From positions 30,001 to 62,000 of the forward strand of contig PBAU01000003.1 in the NCBI GenBank assembly GCA_002716355.1: a stretch of 32,000 nucleotides of DNA, given 5' to 3'. Shown piece by piece: positions 15,746-24,573 of this stretch (positions are counted from its first letter, which is position 1; the number at the start of each line of letters is the position of its first letter). This DNA comes from a bacterium (GTDB lineage Bacteria > UBP7 > UBA6624). The position numbers and the translations under genes were made by a program. The notes under the pieces were generated by a model. It was not told the origin of the DNA and made no database searches. It worked only from the letters and a program-made list of their open reading frames with translations.

Positions 15746-17199
15746 TTCGATTTTCTTTTCACCTGAGTTACTATCACCTGAGACAAAACAGCAAGGATCA
15801 AGCCAAGATAAAGCATGACCACTTTTAGAATTTCTTGTTTATTGATTGAAATTGGATTCAGGTCTCTGTTCTTTGAAGGCACAGCTATCATTTCTTCTCT
15901 ATCCGAAAGCCAATTAACAATATTTAATATGAAGTTATTGCTAATCGGTAATGCTTGTTGAATTATATTATCTGCTATGTCTGAATCCGAAACAATAACT
16001 CTTTTTTTGTTTTCTTCAATATTTTCTTGAGCAAGAGCTATAAGAAACGGTCCATGCTTTTCAAATTCATCCTTTTTTTCATTTCCATTTTCTTCAATCC
16101 AGGTTTGGATGCCACTGTATACTAAATTTGAATCTAGCCATTTTGGACTTTTGGATATTATTGATTTAGCAGTTGAGAAAAGCATAAATTCATCTATGTT
16201 TTCAACTATTGGATGTGAGGTCAAGTTGTTTGGAGATGAAAGTATTATCAATGGGTCAAAATCTTCTTCAAATGAATCGTTTATATAGTTTTTACTAATT
16301 TCTATCCCCTCTTCCTCAAGCCATTTAGAAAGAGCGCTCTGCTCGGATCCTTCAAATATTACTAAAAGGTTTTTGATTGTTGATATCTTTTCTATTTCTG
16401 AATTTAAAAGATTCCCACTGCCCCCAACTATTGCAACAATTTCACAATCAGATTCGTTTTCTTCATAAAGATTCAATGTTTTTATTTTGTAGGCTCGATT
16501 GAGCAGTGAATTTTTTATTGCCGTGATTCCTTCTTCTCCATAAAGTTCTTTTTCTCCATGCCCTTGCACAAAGCATACATTTTTCACATCTTTAGAGAAA
16601 CCATAAAGAGCATTAACTAAACCTTCTTCATCATTTGTATTCATGATTATCTGTTTGTCGCCTTGCACTATGTATATTTGATTTTCTCTAGCATTGAACC
16701 TTAATGCTGCAGATGGCTCCCTATTGGGATTTATGAATTTGTAAGTAATTAATTTATTTTCTTTGCTTAATTGTTCAAACATGCTTTCAAGATTTGCTTT
16801 ATTCGCAATTTGTTTTGTTGTTTTTTCATAAGGGTCATCAAAGAAAGCAAATATTTCTGTTTTTTCATTTATTTCTTTTGTTATTTTTTTTGCTTCCTCT
16901 GAAATTGATCTGATTTTATTTCTTGTCAAATCAAGTGGTTTAAGGTTTACTTTTGCAAAAATAAAGAGTCCAGAAAATACAAAAAGAGTCAGTATTATTG
17001 AGGGCAAATGATCTTTCAGGCTATCTTTTTTCTTTGTTGTTAGTTCCTTTATTGTCAATGCAAGAACAAATGCAAAAAAAGAAATTAAAACTTTAGGTTC
17101 TTGAAGATTTTTTTCAAGCATGGTTGTTGTTGCAAAAGCTATTCCTGACAAGGCTAAAAAAAGTGATGTTAATTTTATTTTTTTAATATTTTTTTTCAT
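15742..17199 (-). CDS. GldG-like ABC-transport auxiliary component
   Basis: About 485 aa from ATG 17199 (ATGA overlap with the permease stop; a longer ORF runs to 17244). It has N-terminal TMs, a large soluble region and a C-terminal TM anchor. Its position after an ABC ATPase and an ABC-2 permease is the GldA/F/G-type arrangement. Confidence 0.55.
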   Translation of the reverse strand: MKKNIKKIKLTSLFLALSGIAFATTTMLEKNLQEPKVLISFFAFVLALTIKELTTKKKDSLKDHLPSIILTLFVFSGLFIFAKVNLKPLDLTRNKIRSISEEAKKITKEINEKTEIFAFFDDPYEKTTKQIANKANLESMFEQLSKENKLITYKFINPNREPSAALRFNARENQIYIVQGDKQIIMNTNDEEGLVNALYGFSKDVKNVCFVQGHGEKELYGEEGITAIKNSLLNRAYKIKTLNLYEENESDCEIVAIVGGSGNLLNSEIEKISTIKNLLVIFEGSEQSALSKWLEEEGIEISKNYINDSFEEDFDPLIILSSPNNLTSHPIVENIDEFMLFSTAKSIISKSPKWLDSNLVYSGIQTWIEENGNEKKDEFEKHGPFLIALAQENIEENKKRVIVSDSDIADNIIQQALPISNNFILNIVNWLSDREEMIAVPSKNRDLNPISINKQEILKVVMLYLGLILAVLSQVIVTQVKRKSK

Positions 17200-17936
17200 T
17201 TCCAGCCTTTCAACTCCATTGTTTTTTTTGTCAAAAGAAACCAAAATAATCCAAAAAATATAAAGTAAAGAACATTTTCAGGGTTTACTATACCTTCAGA
17301 AAAATTAGCTAATTTTTTCTGAAAGCCTAATTCTGCAAGTCCCTGAAGGAGCGCGTTGGTATTTGTGTTTTCCAAGAAGCCAATAAACCAAAAAGAAAGA
17401 AATACTGGAAAGGATATTGAAAATGCAGCTGTCAGATTCTCTGTGATTGAAGATATGAATACTCCAAGCCCTGACAATGCAAAAGAAAGCAATATTAAAC
17501 CTATCAGGCCACTTAGGTAATGGCCATAATCAATGACGCCAAACTTGCCCAGCCAGACAATTCCTATTGTTGGGAGGGATAAAATAGCAAAAATTAAAAT
17601 TGTAGAAGCTATAAGCTTTCCAAGGATTATGCTAGATGCTTTAATCGGTTGTGAAAGAAGAAATTCAAGAGTGTTTTCTTTTCTTTCAAGGCATATTGTT
17701 GATATTGTTATGAACGGTGAGAAGAGAACCCCTAGGAAACAAGAGTCAAGAAGAAGGACTGTCATTGGGCCATCATTCCAGTTTCCAGGTGTGGAAAATG
17801 GATCTGAATAATTCATAAGGTTTAGAGTTAAAAAATAACCCTGAATCAACAGAAGGCCAATCAATCCAATCCAAACACTGACCCCTTTGTTGTGGCCCTG
17901 CAGCTCTTTTGTGATTATTTTTTTAACTGTGTTCAT
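17196..17936 (-). CDS. ABC-2 type transporter permease (GldF-like)
   Basis: 246 aa with about 6 TM. It is translationally coupled to the upstream ATPase (4-nt overlap). Confidence 0.75.
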   Translation of the reverse strand: MNTVKKIITKELQGHNKGVSVWIGLIGLLLIQGYFLTLNLMNYSDPFSTPGNWNDGPMTVLLLDSCFLGVLFSPFITISTICLERKENTLEFLLSQPIKASSIILGKLIASTILIFAILSLPTIGIVWLGKFGVIDYGHYLSGLIGLILLSFALSGLGVFISSITENLTAAFSISFPVFLSFWFIGFLENTNTNALLQGLAELGFQKKLANFSEGIVNPENVLYFIFFGLFWFLLTKKTMELKGWK

Positions 17937-18631
17937 TTTTCTTTTATTGTTTTCAGGTAAATTTTTTTAAGGTTTTTGTCTTTTATCTCTGAGTCAAATT
18001 TTATTTTTCCACCAGAAAGGATGAACGCTCTAGAGCATAGTTGCTGAATTATTTCTAACCTATGGCTAGACATCACAAAAGAAGTGCCTTCTTGATTCTT
18101 GATATCTTTGATAGTTTTTTCAAAATTTACAATTTGTTCAGGGTCTAGTCCGGTTGTTGGTTCATCTAGGAATACTATTTCAGGCTTGCCTATTAATGAT
18201 AAAGCCAATGCAACTCTTTGCCTGAAACCTCTTGAAAGAAATTTATTCAATCTATTAGAAATTTTTTTTATTTTTGTCAATTCAGCAACTCTTTCGTATT
18301 CTTGTTCAGGGTTTTTTATTGAGTGTAGATTGATTGCTAGAGATATTTGTTCACGAGGTGTCATGTTTGAGTAAAGGGGTAATTTTTCTGGCAGGTATCC
18401 AATTTTATTCTTAATTAGATGGCTGTATTCTGAATAATTTTTATCTTTAAATTGAATCTGACCATTATCCTGCTTAAGAAAGCCAGACAAGATTCGCAAT
18501 GTAGTTGTTTTTCCTGCTCCATTTGGTCCGAGAAAGCCCACAATACTGCTTTTTGGAATTTTAAAATTCAAGTTATCAAGTATTTTTTTACCTGAAAAGC
18601 TTTTAGTTAAATTATTAACAGTTAGCAACAT
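17933..18631 (-). CDS. ABC transporter ATP-binding protein (GldA-like)
   Basis: 232 aa. Walker A GPNGAGKTTT, signature LSRGFRQRVALALSL, Walker B VFLDEPTTGLD, H-loop SSHR. Confidence 0.9.
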   Translation of the reverse strand: MLLTVNNLTKSFSGKKILDNLNFKIPKSSIVGFLGPNGAGKTTTLRILSGFLKQDNGQIQFKDKNYSEYSHLIKNKIGYLPEKLPLYSNMTPREQISLAINLHSIKNPEQEYERVAELTKIKKISNRLNKFLSRGFRQRVALALSLIGKPEIVFLDEPTTGLDPEQIVNFEKTIKDIKNQEGTSFVMSSHRLEIIQQLCSRAFILSGGKIKFDSEIKDKNLKKIYLKTIKEK

Positions 18632-18691
18632 AATGCTTATCTTAAAACTATTACTTATATTCCTGATTGAGAAATTAGAATATTTCCAAGT

Positions 18692-19513
18692 ATGCTAACA
18701 GTTCCAAAAATCAAAAACTTTTCAAAAGATGAAAAATTGATTGCTTTGACGGCTTATGACAGGCCTTCTGCCATTTCTGCAGACAAGGCGGGCGTGGATA
18801 TCGTCTTGGTTGGAGATTCTCTTTCTAATGTTATTTTGGGTAATGAAAATACAACCTCAATAGGCATGAAAGAAATGACTTATCATGTTACTGCTGTTTC
18901 TAAATTTATTAATAGCAGTTTAATTGTTGCCGATCTTCCTTTTGGTTCAGTTCAGTCTGGTTTACAGGTTGCTTCTGGACATGCGTGTGAGTTGATTAGA
19001 TGTGGAGCTAATGCAATAAAGATTGAAGGTGGAGAGGAGGTTCTAGAGCTAGTTGAGCATCTAACAAAGCATGGCGTTCCTGTTATGGGTCACGTGGGTT
19101 TAACGCCGCAAAAAGTAGAGCAGATTGGAGGGCATTTGGTTCAAGGAAAGACAGCAAAAGACTCAAAAAGAATTTATAAAGAAGCGAGATCTTTGGAGAG
19201 TTCAGGTGTTTTTTCGATTGTTCTTGAGTGTGTTCCTATGCAGTTAGCGAAAAAGATAACTTCAGATACGAATGTTCCAACTGTCGGTATAGGGAGTGGT
19301 CCTTGTTGCAATGGTCAAATTCTTGTATTCCATGATTTAATTGGATGGCATCAAGGGAAATTTAAATTTTTGAAAAAACCTTTTGGTGACGTCTCGAGAG
19401 AGATCAATAATGCTATAAGCTCTTTTTCAGAGTCTGTAAAAAAAGGCTCTTATCCAAGTGCTGATGAATCTTGGTCCATTTCAGAAGACTTAATTGAAGA
19501 TCTCGAACAATGA
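18692..19513 (+). CDS. panB: 3-methyl-2-oxobutanoate hydroxymethyltransferase
   Basis: 273 aa. LTAYD, VDIVLVGDSL, MGHVGLTPQ and PTVGIGSGP.CNGQILV blocks are typical of PanB. Confidence 0.95.
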   Translation: MLTVPKIKNFSKDEKLIALTAYDRPSAISADKAGVDIVLVGDSLSNVILGNENTTSIGMKEMTYHVTAVSKFINSSLIVADLPFGSVQSGLQVASGHACELIRCGANAIKIEGGEEVLELVEHLTKHGVPVMGHVGLTPQKVEQIGGHLVQGKTAKDSKRIYKEARSLESSGVFSIVLECVPMQLAKKITSDTNVPTVGIGSGPCCNGQILVFHDLIGWHQGKFKFLKKPFGDVSREINNAISSFSESVKKGSYPSADESWSISEDLIEDLEQ

Positions 19514-20286
19514 AAAAGAAAATTTTCGTGCCCACTATGGGAGCATTGCATAAGGGTCATGCTTCACTAATAAAGGAAGGTTCAAAAATTGGCGATGTTA
19601 TTGTCTCCATATTTGTTAACCCAACACAATTTGGAGCAAATGAAGATTTTGACAGTTATCCGAGAAGGAAGGAGGATGATTTTGCTTATGCTATTTCTTC
19701 AGGAGCGAAAGAGGTATGGTTCCCTACCTTGGATGAAATTTACCCAGATGGTCCTTTTATAAGTGAGAGCTCTGGTGAGCTCGGATCTATCCTAGAGGGT
19801 TCTTTCAGGCCAGGTTTTTTTGACGGAGTTCTAACTGTTGTTAAAAAGTTATTTCAGATTGTTGAACCTGATGTTGCCATTTTTGGTGAGAAAGATTGGC
19901 AACAGCTAGTTTTGGTTAAAGAGTTTTCAAAAATGTTTAATGGTCCTGAGATAATGAGCGTTAAAACAAAAAGAGACAATAATGGTCTTGCTCTGTCTTC
20001 TAGGAATTCCTATCTGTCTAAAGACGGATATAGTCAATCTTTATACATTCCAGAAGCTTTATTGAAAGTGAAAACCGCCTGGAGTGAAGGTTTAAGAGAC
20101 GTAAGGACTCTAGAAGCAATTGGTATTGACTTTTTATCAGAAAAAATTAGTAAAATTGACTATTTAGAAGTAAGGCCCAGTTTTTTGTTGCCAAAATTGG
20201 ACATCTTGAATCAGGATGCTAGAGTTTTGGTAGCGGCTTGGGTTGAAGGAACAAGATTGATAGATAATGAGGAGTTGACTTTATGA
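19510..20286 (+). CDS. panC: pantoate--beta-alanine ligase
   Basis: 258 aa. VPTMGALHKGHASLI, VSIFVNPTQFG, FGEKDWQQL and LALSSRN. ATGA overlap with panB. Confidence 0.93.
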   Translation: MKKKIFVPTMGALHKGHASLIKEGSKIGDVIVSIFVNPTQFGANEDFDSYPRRKEDDFAYAISSGAKEVWFPTLDEIYPDGPFISESSGELGSILEGSFRPGFFDGVLTVVKKLFQIVEPDVAIFGEKDWQQLVLVKEFSKMFNGPEIMSVKTKRDNNGLALSSRNSYLSKDGYSQSLYIPEALLKVKTAWSEGLRDVRTLEAIGIDFLSEKISKIDYLEVRPSFLLPKLDILNQDARVLVAAWVEGTRLIDNEELTL

Positions 20287-20654
20287 GAGAGATGCTTAAT
20301 TGCAAAATTCACGGAGGATATGTAACTAATTCCGATCTTGATTACGAAGGTTCTTGTGGCCTTGGTCCTGATTTGCTTGAAGCTTCAGGCATTCTTCCTT
20401 TTGAGAAGATATCGGTTTTGAACATTTCAAATGGAAAAAGGATTCACACTTATGTTATCAAGGAAAAAGAAGACAAGGCTATAACTTTAAATGGAGCTGC
20501 GGCTCATTATTTTAAAAAAGGTGACAAGGTCATTATTCTGTGTTATAAATTACAGGGTGAACATTGTATTAAAAATCATAAGGCGAGGATTGTTATTCTA
20601 GATTCAGATAATTCTATAAAATCAAATTCTTTAAGAGGCCTTGACTATGAGTAG
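20283..20654 (+). CDS. panD: aspartate 1-decarboxylase (pyruvoyl-dependent)
   Basis: 123 aa. CKIHGGYVTNSDLDYEGSCGL contains the Gly-Ser self-cleavage site. Also NISNGKRIHTYVI and LNGAAAH. ATGA overlap with panC. Confidence 0.9.
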   Translation: MREMLNCKIHGGYVTNSDLDYEGSCGLGPDLLEASGILPFEKISVLNISNGKRIHTYVIKEKEDKAITLNGAAAHYFKKGDKVIILCYKLQGEHCIKNHKARIVILDSDNSIKSNSLRGLDYE

Positions 20655-21630
20655 CTTTAAAGAGGCCGCTAAAAGGGTTATGTTGGCTGAGTCAAAGGCA
20701 ATCCTTTCTGCTGCTGACCTTCTAGACAAAGGTTTTGAAGATGCTTTCAATATTGTTATGGCATCTTCTGGGAGTTTTGTTATTTCAGGTATAGGAAAAT
20801 CAGGATTAATTGGCAGAAAGATATCATCTACACTTGCCAGCCTGGGAACACCTAGTGTTTTCATGCATGCTGGAGAAGCTTTGCATGGTGATTTGGGTCT
20901 AATTTCAGAAAATGATGTAGCGATGTTGATTTCAAACTCTGGAAATACAACTGAAATTCTTGGTTTGATACCTTCTTTAAAAATGAGAAAAATACCTATT
21001 ATTGCACTTACAGGCAATTTAAGTTCAACACTTGCAAGAGAAGCAGATGCTGTTTTGAACTCTTTTGTTTCAAGGGAGGCTGATCAGCATGATCTAGCAC
21101 CAACCTCATCTACAACCGTAATGATGGCTTTAGGAGATGCTTTAGCTGTAGCCTTAGCTGAAGAAAGAAACTTTACCCCATCAGACTTTGCGATGTATCA
21201 CCCTGGAGGCTCTCTCGGCAATGCTTTATCGAAGGTTCATCAATGGATGGTTAGGGATGATTTACCAATAGTTGATCCGGATGATACTTTGCAGTCTTGT
21301 GTTATAAGGATGTCAGCTGGGAATCTTGGAGCTGTAATTTTGGTCAAAGGGGACAAGGTAGAGGGCATATTCACAGATGGCGACCTGAGAAGACTTTTTG
21401 AAGGAAATGATTCTTTGGATAATTTGGTGTCTCAAAAGATAGTAAATATTGCTAACAAAAATCCAAAAATAATAAATAAAAATGATTTAGCCAGCTCAGC
21501 ATTAGAAAAAATGGAATCAAATGCAATAACTGTAATGCCGGTTGTTGATGGGAGTTCTAATTTAGTAGGTGTTATTCATTTGCACAATCTTGTTCAAGCT
21601 GGAATGGGAGTAAAGAAAAATGGAAAATAA
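20647..21630 (+). CDS. kdsD: arabinose-5-phosphate isomerase (KdsD/KpsF/GutQ family; SIS + tandem CBS)
   Basis: The SIS domain shows VISGIGKSGLIGRKISSTLASLGTP and ISNSGNT. Two C-terminal CBS repeats follow. ATG 20647 is preferred over TTG 20641. It overlaps the panD stop. Confidence 0.88.
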   Translation: MSSFKEAAKRVMLAESKAILSAADLLDKGFEDAFNIVMASSGSFVISGIGKSGLIGRKISSTLASLGTPSVFMHAGEALHGDLGLISENDVAMLISNSGNTTEILGLIPSLKMRKIPIIALTGNLSSTLAREADAVLNSFVSREADQHDLAPTSSTTVMMALGDALAVALAEERNFTPSDFAMYHPGGSLGNALSKVHQWMVRDDLPIVDPDDTLQSCVIRMSAGNLGAVILVKGDKVEGIFTDGDLRRLFEGNDSLDNLVSQKIVNIANKNPKIINKNDLASSALEKMESNAITVMPVVDGSSNLVGVIHLHNLVQAGMGVKKNGK

Positions 21631-22972
21631 ATTGAAATCTGTAGCGGAAAAAATGTGGAAAACTAGAGCTTCTAATGTTAGAGAGAGTTTGTCAAAGAGC
21701 ATTTTGGTAGATGGTTACCATCTTGTCTTAGATCTTGAAAAGAGCAAAGGTTCGATCCTGGTTGACGCTTCAGACAACAAGGAGTACATAGATCTTTTTA
21801 GCATGTTTGCGAGTCAGCCAATTGGTGTTAATCATGAATCTTTTCTAGATGATGATTTTTTGTTGAAGTTAGGTGTTGTTGGTTCCCATAAGCCTGTTAA
21901 TTCAGACGTTTACACTCAACCATATGCTGATTTTGTAACTGCTATGTCGAGAGTTGTGACAAATGAATATCCACATCTTTTTTTCATAGAGGGAGGTTCT
22001 TTGGCTGTTGAAAATGCCTTGAAGGTAGCTTTTGATTGGAAGATGCGTAAGAATCTTGAATCAGAAAAAGAAGTTCATGAAAACCTTCTTTCAATTGCCC
22101 ATTTGGAAAAATCCTTTCATGGCAGGTCAGGATACACTTTAAGCTTAACCAACACTGCAGATCCAAGAAAAACAATGTTTTTTCCTAAGTTCGACTGGCC
22201 TAGGCTACCCTGCCCTTCTAGAACTTTTCCAGAGACAGAAAGCTCCCTGGCTTCTTTGATTGAAAAAGAGAAAGATTTCATAGACAAGCTTGACTCCTTT
22301 GAAAAAGAGCACCCAAATCAAATAGCAGCTGTTCTAATGGAGACTATCCAGGGAGAAGGTGGAGACAATCATTTTCGAAATGAATTTTTAGCAAAAGTTA
22401 GATCTTGGTGTGATTCAAATGATGTTTTGCTTATTTTCGATGAGGTTCAAGTTGGAATGGGCATAACTGGTAATTGGTGGGCTTGGCAAGGTACGGACGT
22501 TAAGCCGGATATTTTTTCTTTCGGAAAGAAATCTCAAGTTTGTGGAATAGCTGCTAGCAGTCGGATTGATGATGTTGATAATTGTTTCAAGGTAAGCAGC
22601 AGGATAAATTCAACATGGGGTGGAAATTTAGTTGACATGGTTAGGGTTACAAAATATATAGAAATCATTGAAAAAGAAAATTTGCTTGACAATTGCAGTC
22701 AAGTGGGTGCCTTTTTACTTCAGGGTTTAAAAGATATGGCTAAAGATTTTGATGACCTGGTTAGTAATGTTAGAGGTGCTGGCCTTATGTGCGCTTTTGA
22801 TCTACCTAACGAAGAAATTAGAGATACTGTACGGTCTCTCCTTGTTGAGGAAGGGGTTTTGATATTAGGTTGTGGAGATAGATCCTTGAGGTTTAGACCT
22901 GTATTGGATGTTTCAAAAGATGTTATAGCTAAAGCTTTAAATTTGATAAGAAAGGTTTTGAATAAAGTTTGA
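21620..22972 (+). CDS. lat: L-lysine 6-transaminase (class III PLP aminotransferase)
   Basis: 450 aa, collinear with characterised LAT proteins: ILVDGYHLVLDLEKSKGS, FHGRSGYTLSLTNT, FPKFDWPR, IQGEGGDNHFR, LLIFDEVQVGMGITG, FGKKSQVCG, SRINSTWGGNLVDMVR and RGAGLMCAFDLP. Confidence 0.85.
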   Translation: MENKLKSVAEKMWKTRASNVRESLSKSILVDGYHLVLDLEKSKGSILVDASDNKEYIDLFSMFASQPIGVNHESFLDDDFLLKLGVVGSHKPVNSDVYTQPYADFVTAMSRVVTNEYPHLFFIEGGSLAVENALKVAFDWKMRKNLESEKEVHENLLSIAHLEKSFHGRSGYTLSLTNTADPRKTMFFPKFDWPRLPCPSRTFPETESSLASLIEKEKDFIDKLDSFEKEHPNQIAAVLMETIQGEGGDNHFRNEFLAKVRSWCDSNDVLLIFDEVQVGMGITGNWWAWQGTDVKPDIFSFGKKSQVCGIAASSRIDDVDNCFKVSSRINSTWGGNLVDMVRVTKYIEIIEKENLLDNCSQVGAFLLQGLKDMAKDFDDLVSNVRGAGLMCAFDLPNEEIRDTVRSLLVEEGVLILGCGDRSLRFRPVLDVSKDVIAKALNLIRKVLNKV

Positions 22973-23535
22973 AAGTAAAGTCTGAAAAGTTTTATGTAAT
23001 TATTGTTCTAATTTGTGTTTTGTCGTTTTTTGTGATTGATGTCTCTTCCGGAATTCTAGAACATCCTGAAAATGAAAAGACATTAATTGCTGAGAACCCT
23101 ACTTCAAATTGTCATCTGAGTGATTTTGGTTATTCTGACTCTGGTTTTTTAAAAGATTTTAAAGAATGCTTGTCGTTAGTTTATGGATATGCACTTACCC
23201 ATTCCGATAAGATTACTTTTTTTCTTGATCAAGGTGTTGGCTTGCAAGGCACACCATCTTTGATAAAGGCTGAATACGGTAAAAGACTAACTGTTTCAAG
23301 AGAGCTAAAAAGCGATGAGGGCATTGTTTTTGTTCAGGATGATTTTGAAATATATTTTTTTAATTCTGATGAAAATTTGAATTTTGCCAATAATCAATTA
23401 ATGAATTGGGAAAGTTTAAATGCTGTTTTTATACCATTAAAATTTTTTAATCTAGAAAAACGAATCCTTCTTCTTGGTTCAAACAATGACCCTCTGGTTC
23501 TTTCTAAAAAAATAAAAGATCTAATTGAAAATTAA
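22969..23535 (+). CDS. hypothetical N-terminally anchored protein
   Basis: 188 aa with a TTG start overlapping the lat stop and one N-terminal TM. No family was recognised. The 3' end overlaps the convergent murG by 15 nt. Confidence 0.45.
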   Translation: MKVKSEKFYVIIVLICVLSFFVIDVSSGILEHPENEKTLIAENPTSNCHLSDFGYSDSGFLKDFKECLSLVYGYALTHSDKITFFLDQGVGLQGTPSLIKAEYGKRLTVSRELKSDEGIVFVQDDFEIYFFNSDENLNFANNQLMNWESLNAVFIPLKFFNLEKRILLLGSNNDPLVLSKKIKDLIEN

Positions 23536-24573
23536 TTTAGCAATTTTTTCACCAGCTCTTAAGCCTTTACTTTGAGGGTTTTTTAGTTTTTTTATTTTTT
23601 TCAAAGTTTTTATAAATAATGTGCAACTTGCATCTTGTGAAAGAACTTCAGCCGTATATTCTGCAGCATGCTCTTCGGCATTTGCAAACTGATGATTGTC
23701 TTTTGTTTTTAAAGGTATCAATATTGATTTTTTACCAAGTGCTTTTATTTCTGCGAGAGTGCATGCCCCTGCTCTGCAGATTACAATGTCAGAAGCGCAC
23801 ATCCATTCATCCAAACTATCTGTGAATTTGTTTACTTTGTAGGGGATTTTTTGGTTATCTAAAGATTTTTTTATTTCTTCTGAACCTGATCCGCATTGCC
23901 AAAAAATGAAAATTTGAGAAAATGTTTCATTTATCATCTTTAGGGACTCTGTTATCATTTTGTTGATTTTTTGCGAACCTTGACTTCCTCCTGTTACACA
24001 TAGCACAAACATATTTTCTTTTATGTTGAGCTTTTTTCTGATTTCTTCTTTTTTGAACTGTTTGTATTTCTTATAAACCGGAACGTTAATCCCTATTGCT
24101 TTTTTACCAAAATAGTTTTGAAGTTTCTTTGAGCAGAATATTTTGTTTGCGATTCTTTTCAAAATTTTATTTGCCCAGCCAGGCTTGGCATTAGGTTCTA
24201 TTAATATTATTTTTTTATTCATGATTTTTGCAGCTATCAAGCCTGGGAAGCTTGCATAGCCACCAGTCCCTATGACTATTTCAGGGTTGAAATCTCGAAT
24301 TATCTTAAAAGTTTTTGTTAATGCTAGAAAATGAAAGAATGCACTTTTGAAATTTCTTCCTGATTTTAAATTTTGATTGATGTGTTTTATTTTCTTGCTT
24401 TTTAAAACAATGGAATCTATTCTGTCTGTGCCTAGCCACAAAAGATCATGATCCACATTTTCTAGAATTGCTAGAGCTGGTGTCACATGGCCTATTGTTC
24501 CGCCTCCGCAAACAAGAACTTTTGTTTTGATTATTTTGTGACCTCGTTTTTCCACATATAAATAATTGAGCAT
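23521..24573 (-). CDS. murG: undecaprenyldiphospho-muramoylpentapeptide beta-N-acetylglucosaminyltransferase
   Basis: 350 aa. VLVCGGGTIGHVTPALAI, GGYASFPG, VTGGSQGSQKIN and ICRAGACTLAEI..GKKSILIP. The only ATG start overlaps murJ by 43 nt, so the true start could be a non-ATG codon downstream. Confidence 0.9.
   Translation of the reverse strand: MLNYLYVEKRGHKIIKTKVLVCGGGTIGHVTPALAILENVDHDLLWLGTDRIDSIVLKSKKIKHINQNLKSGRNFKSAFFHFLALTKTFKIIRDFNPEIVIGTGGYASFPGLIAAKIMNKKIILIEPNAKPGWANKILKRIANKIFCSKKLQNYFGKKAIGINVPVYKKYKQFKKEEIRKKLNIKENMFVLCVTGGSQGSQKINKMITESLKMINETFSQIFIFWQCGSGSEEIKKSLDNQKIPYKVNKFTDSLDEWMCASDIVICRAGACTLAEIKALGKKSILIPLKTKDNHQFANAEEHAAEYTAEVLSQDASCTLFIKTLKKIKKLKNPQSKGLRAGEKIAKLIFN

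Noticed and set aside
24531-24573. The 43-nt murJ/murG overlap as a possible frameshift or fusion site.
   Set aside because: Both ORFs are full-length with intact family motifs. The overlap is explained equally well by a non-ATG murG start downstream. There is no evidence of disruption.
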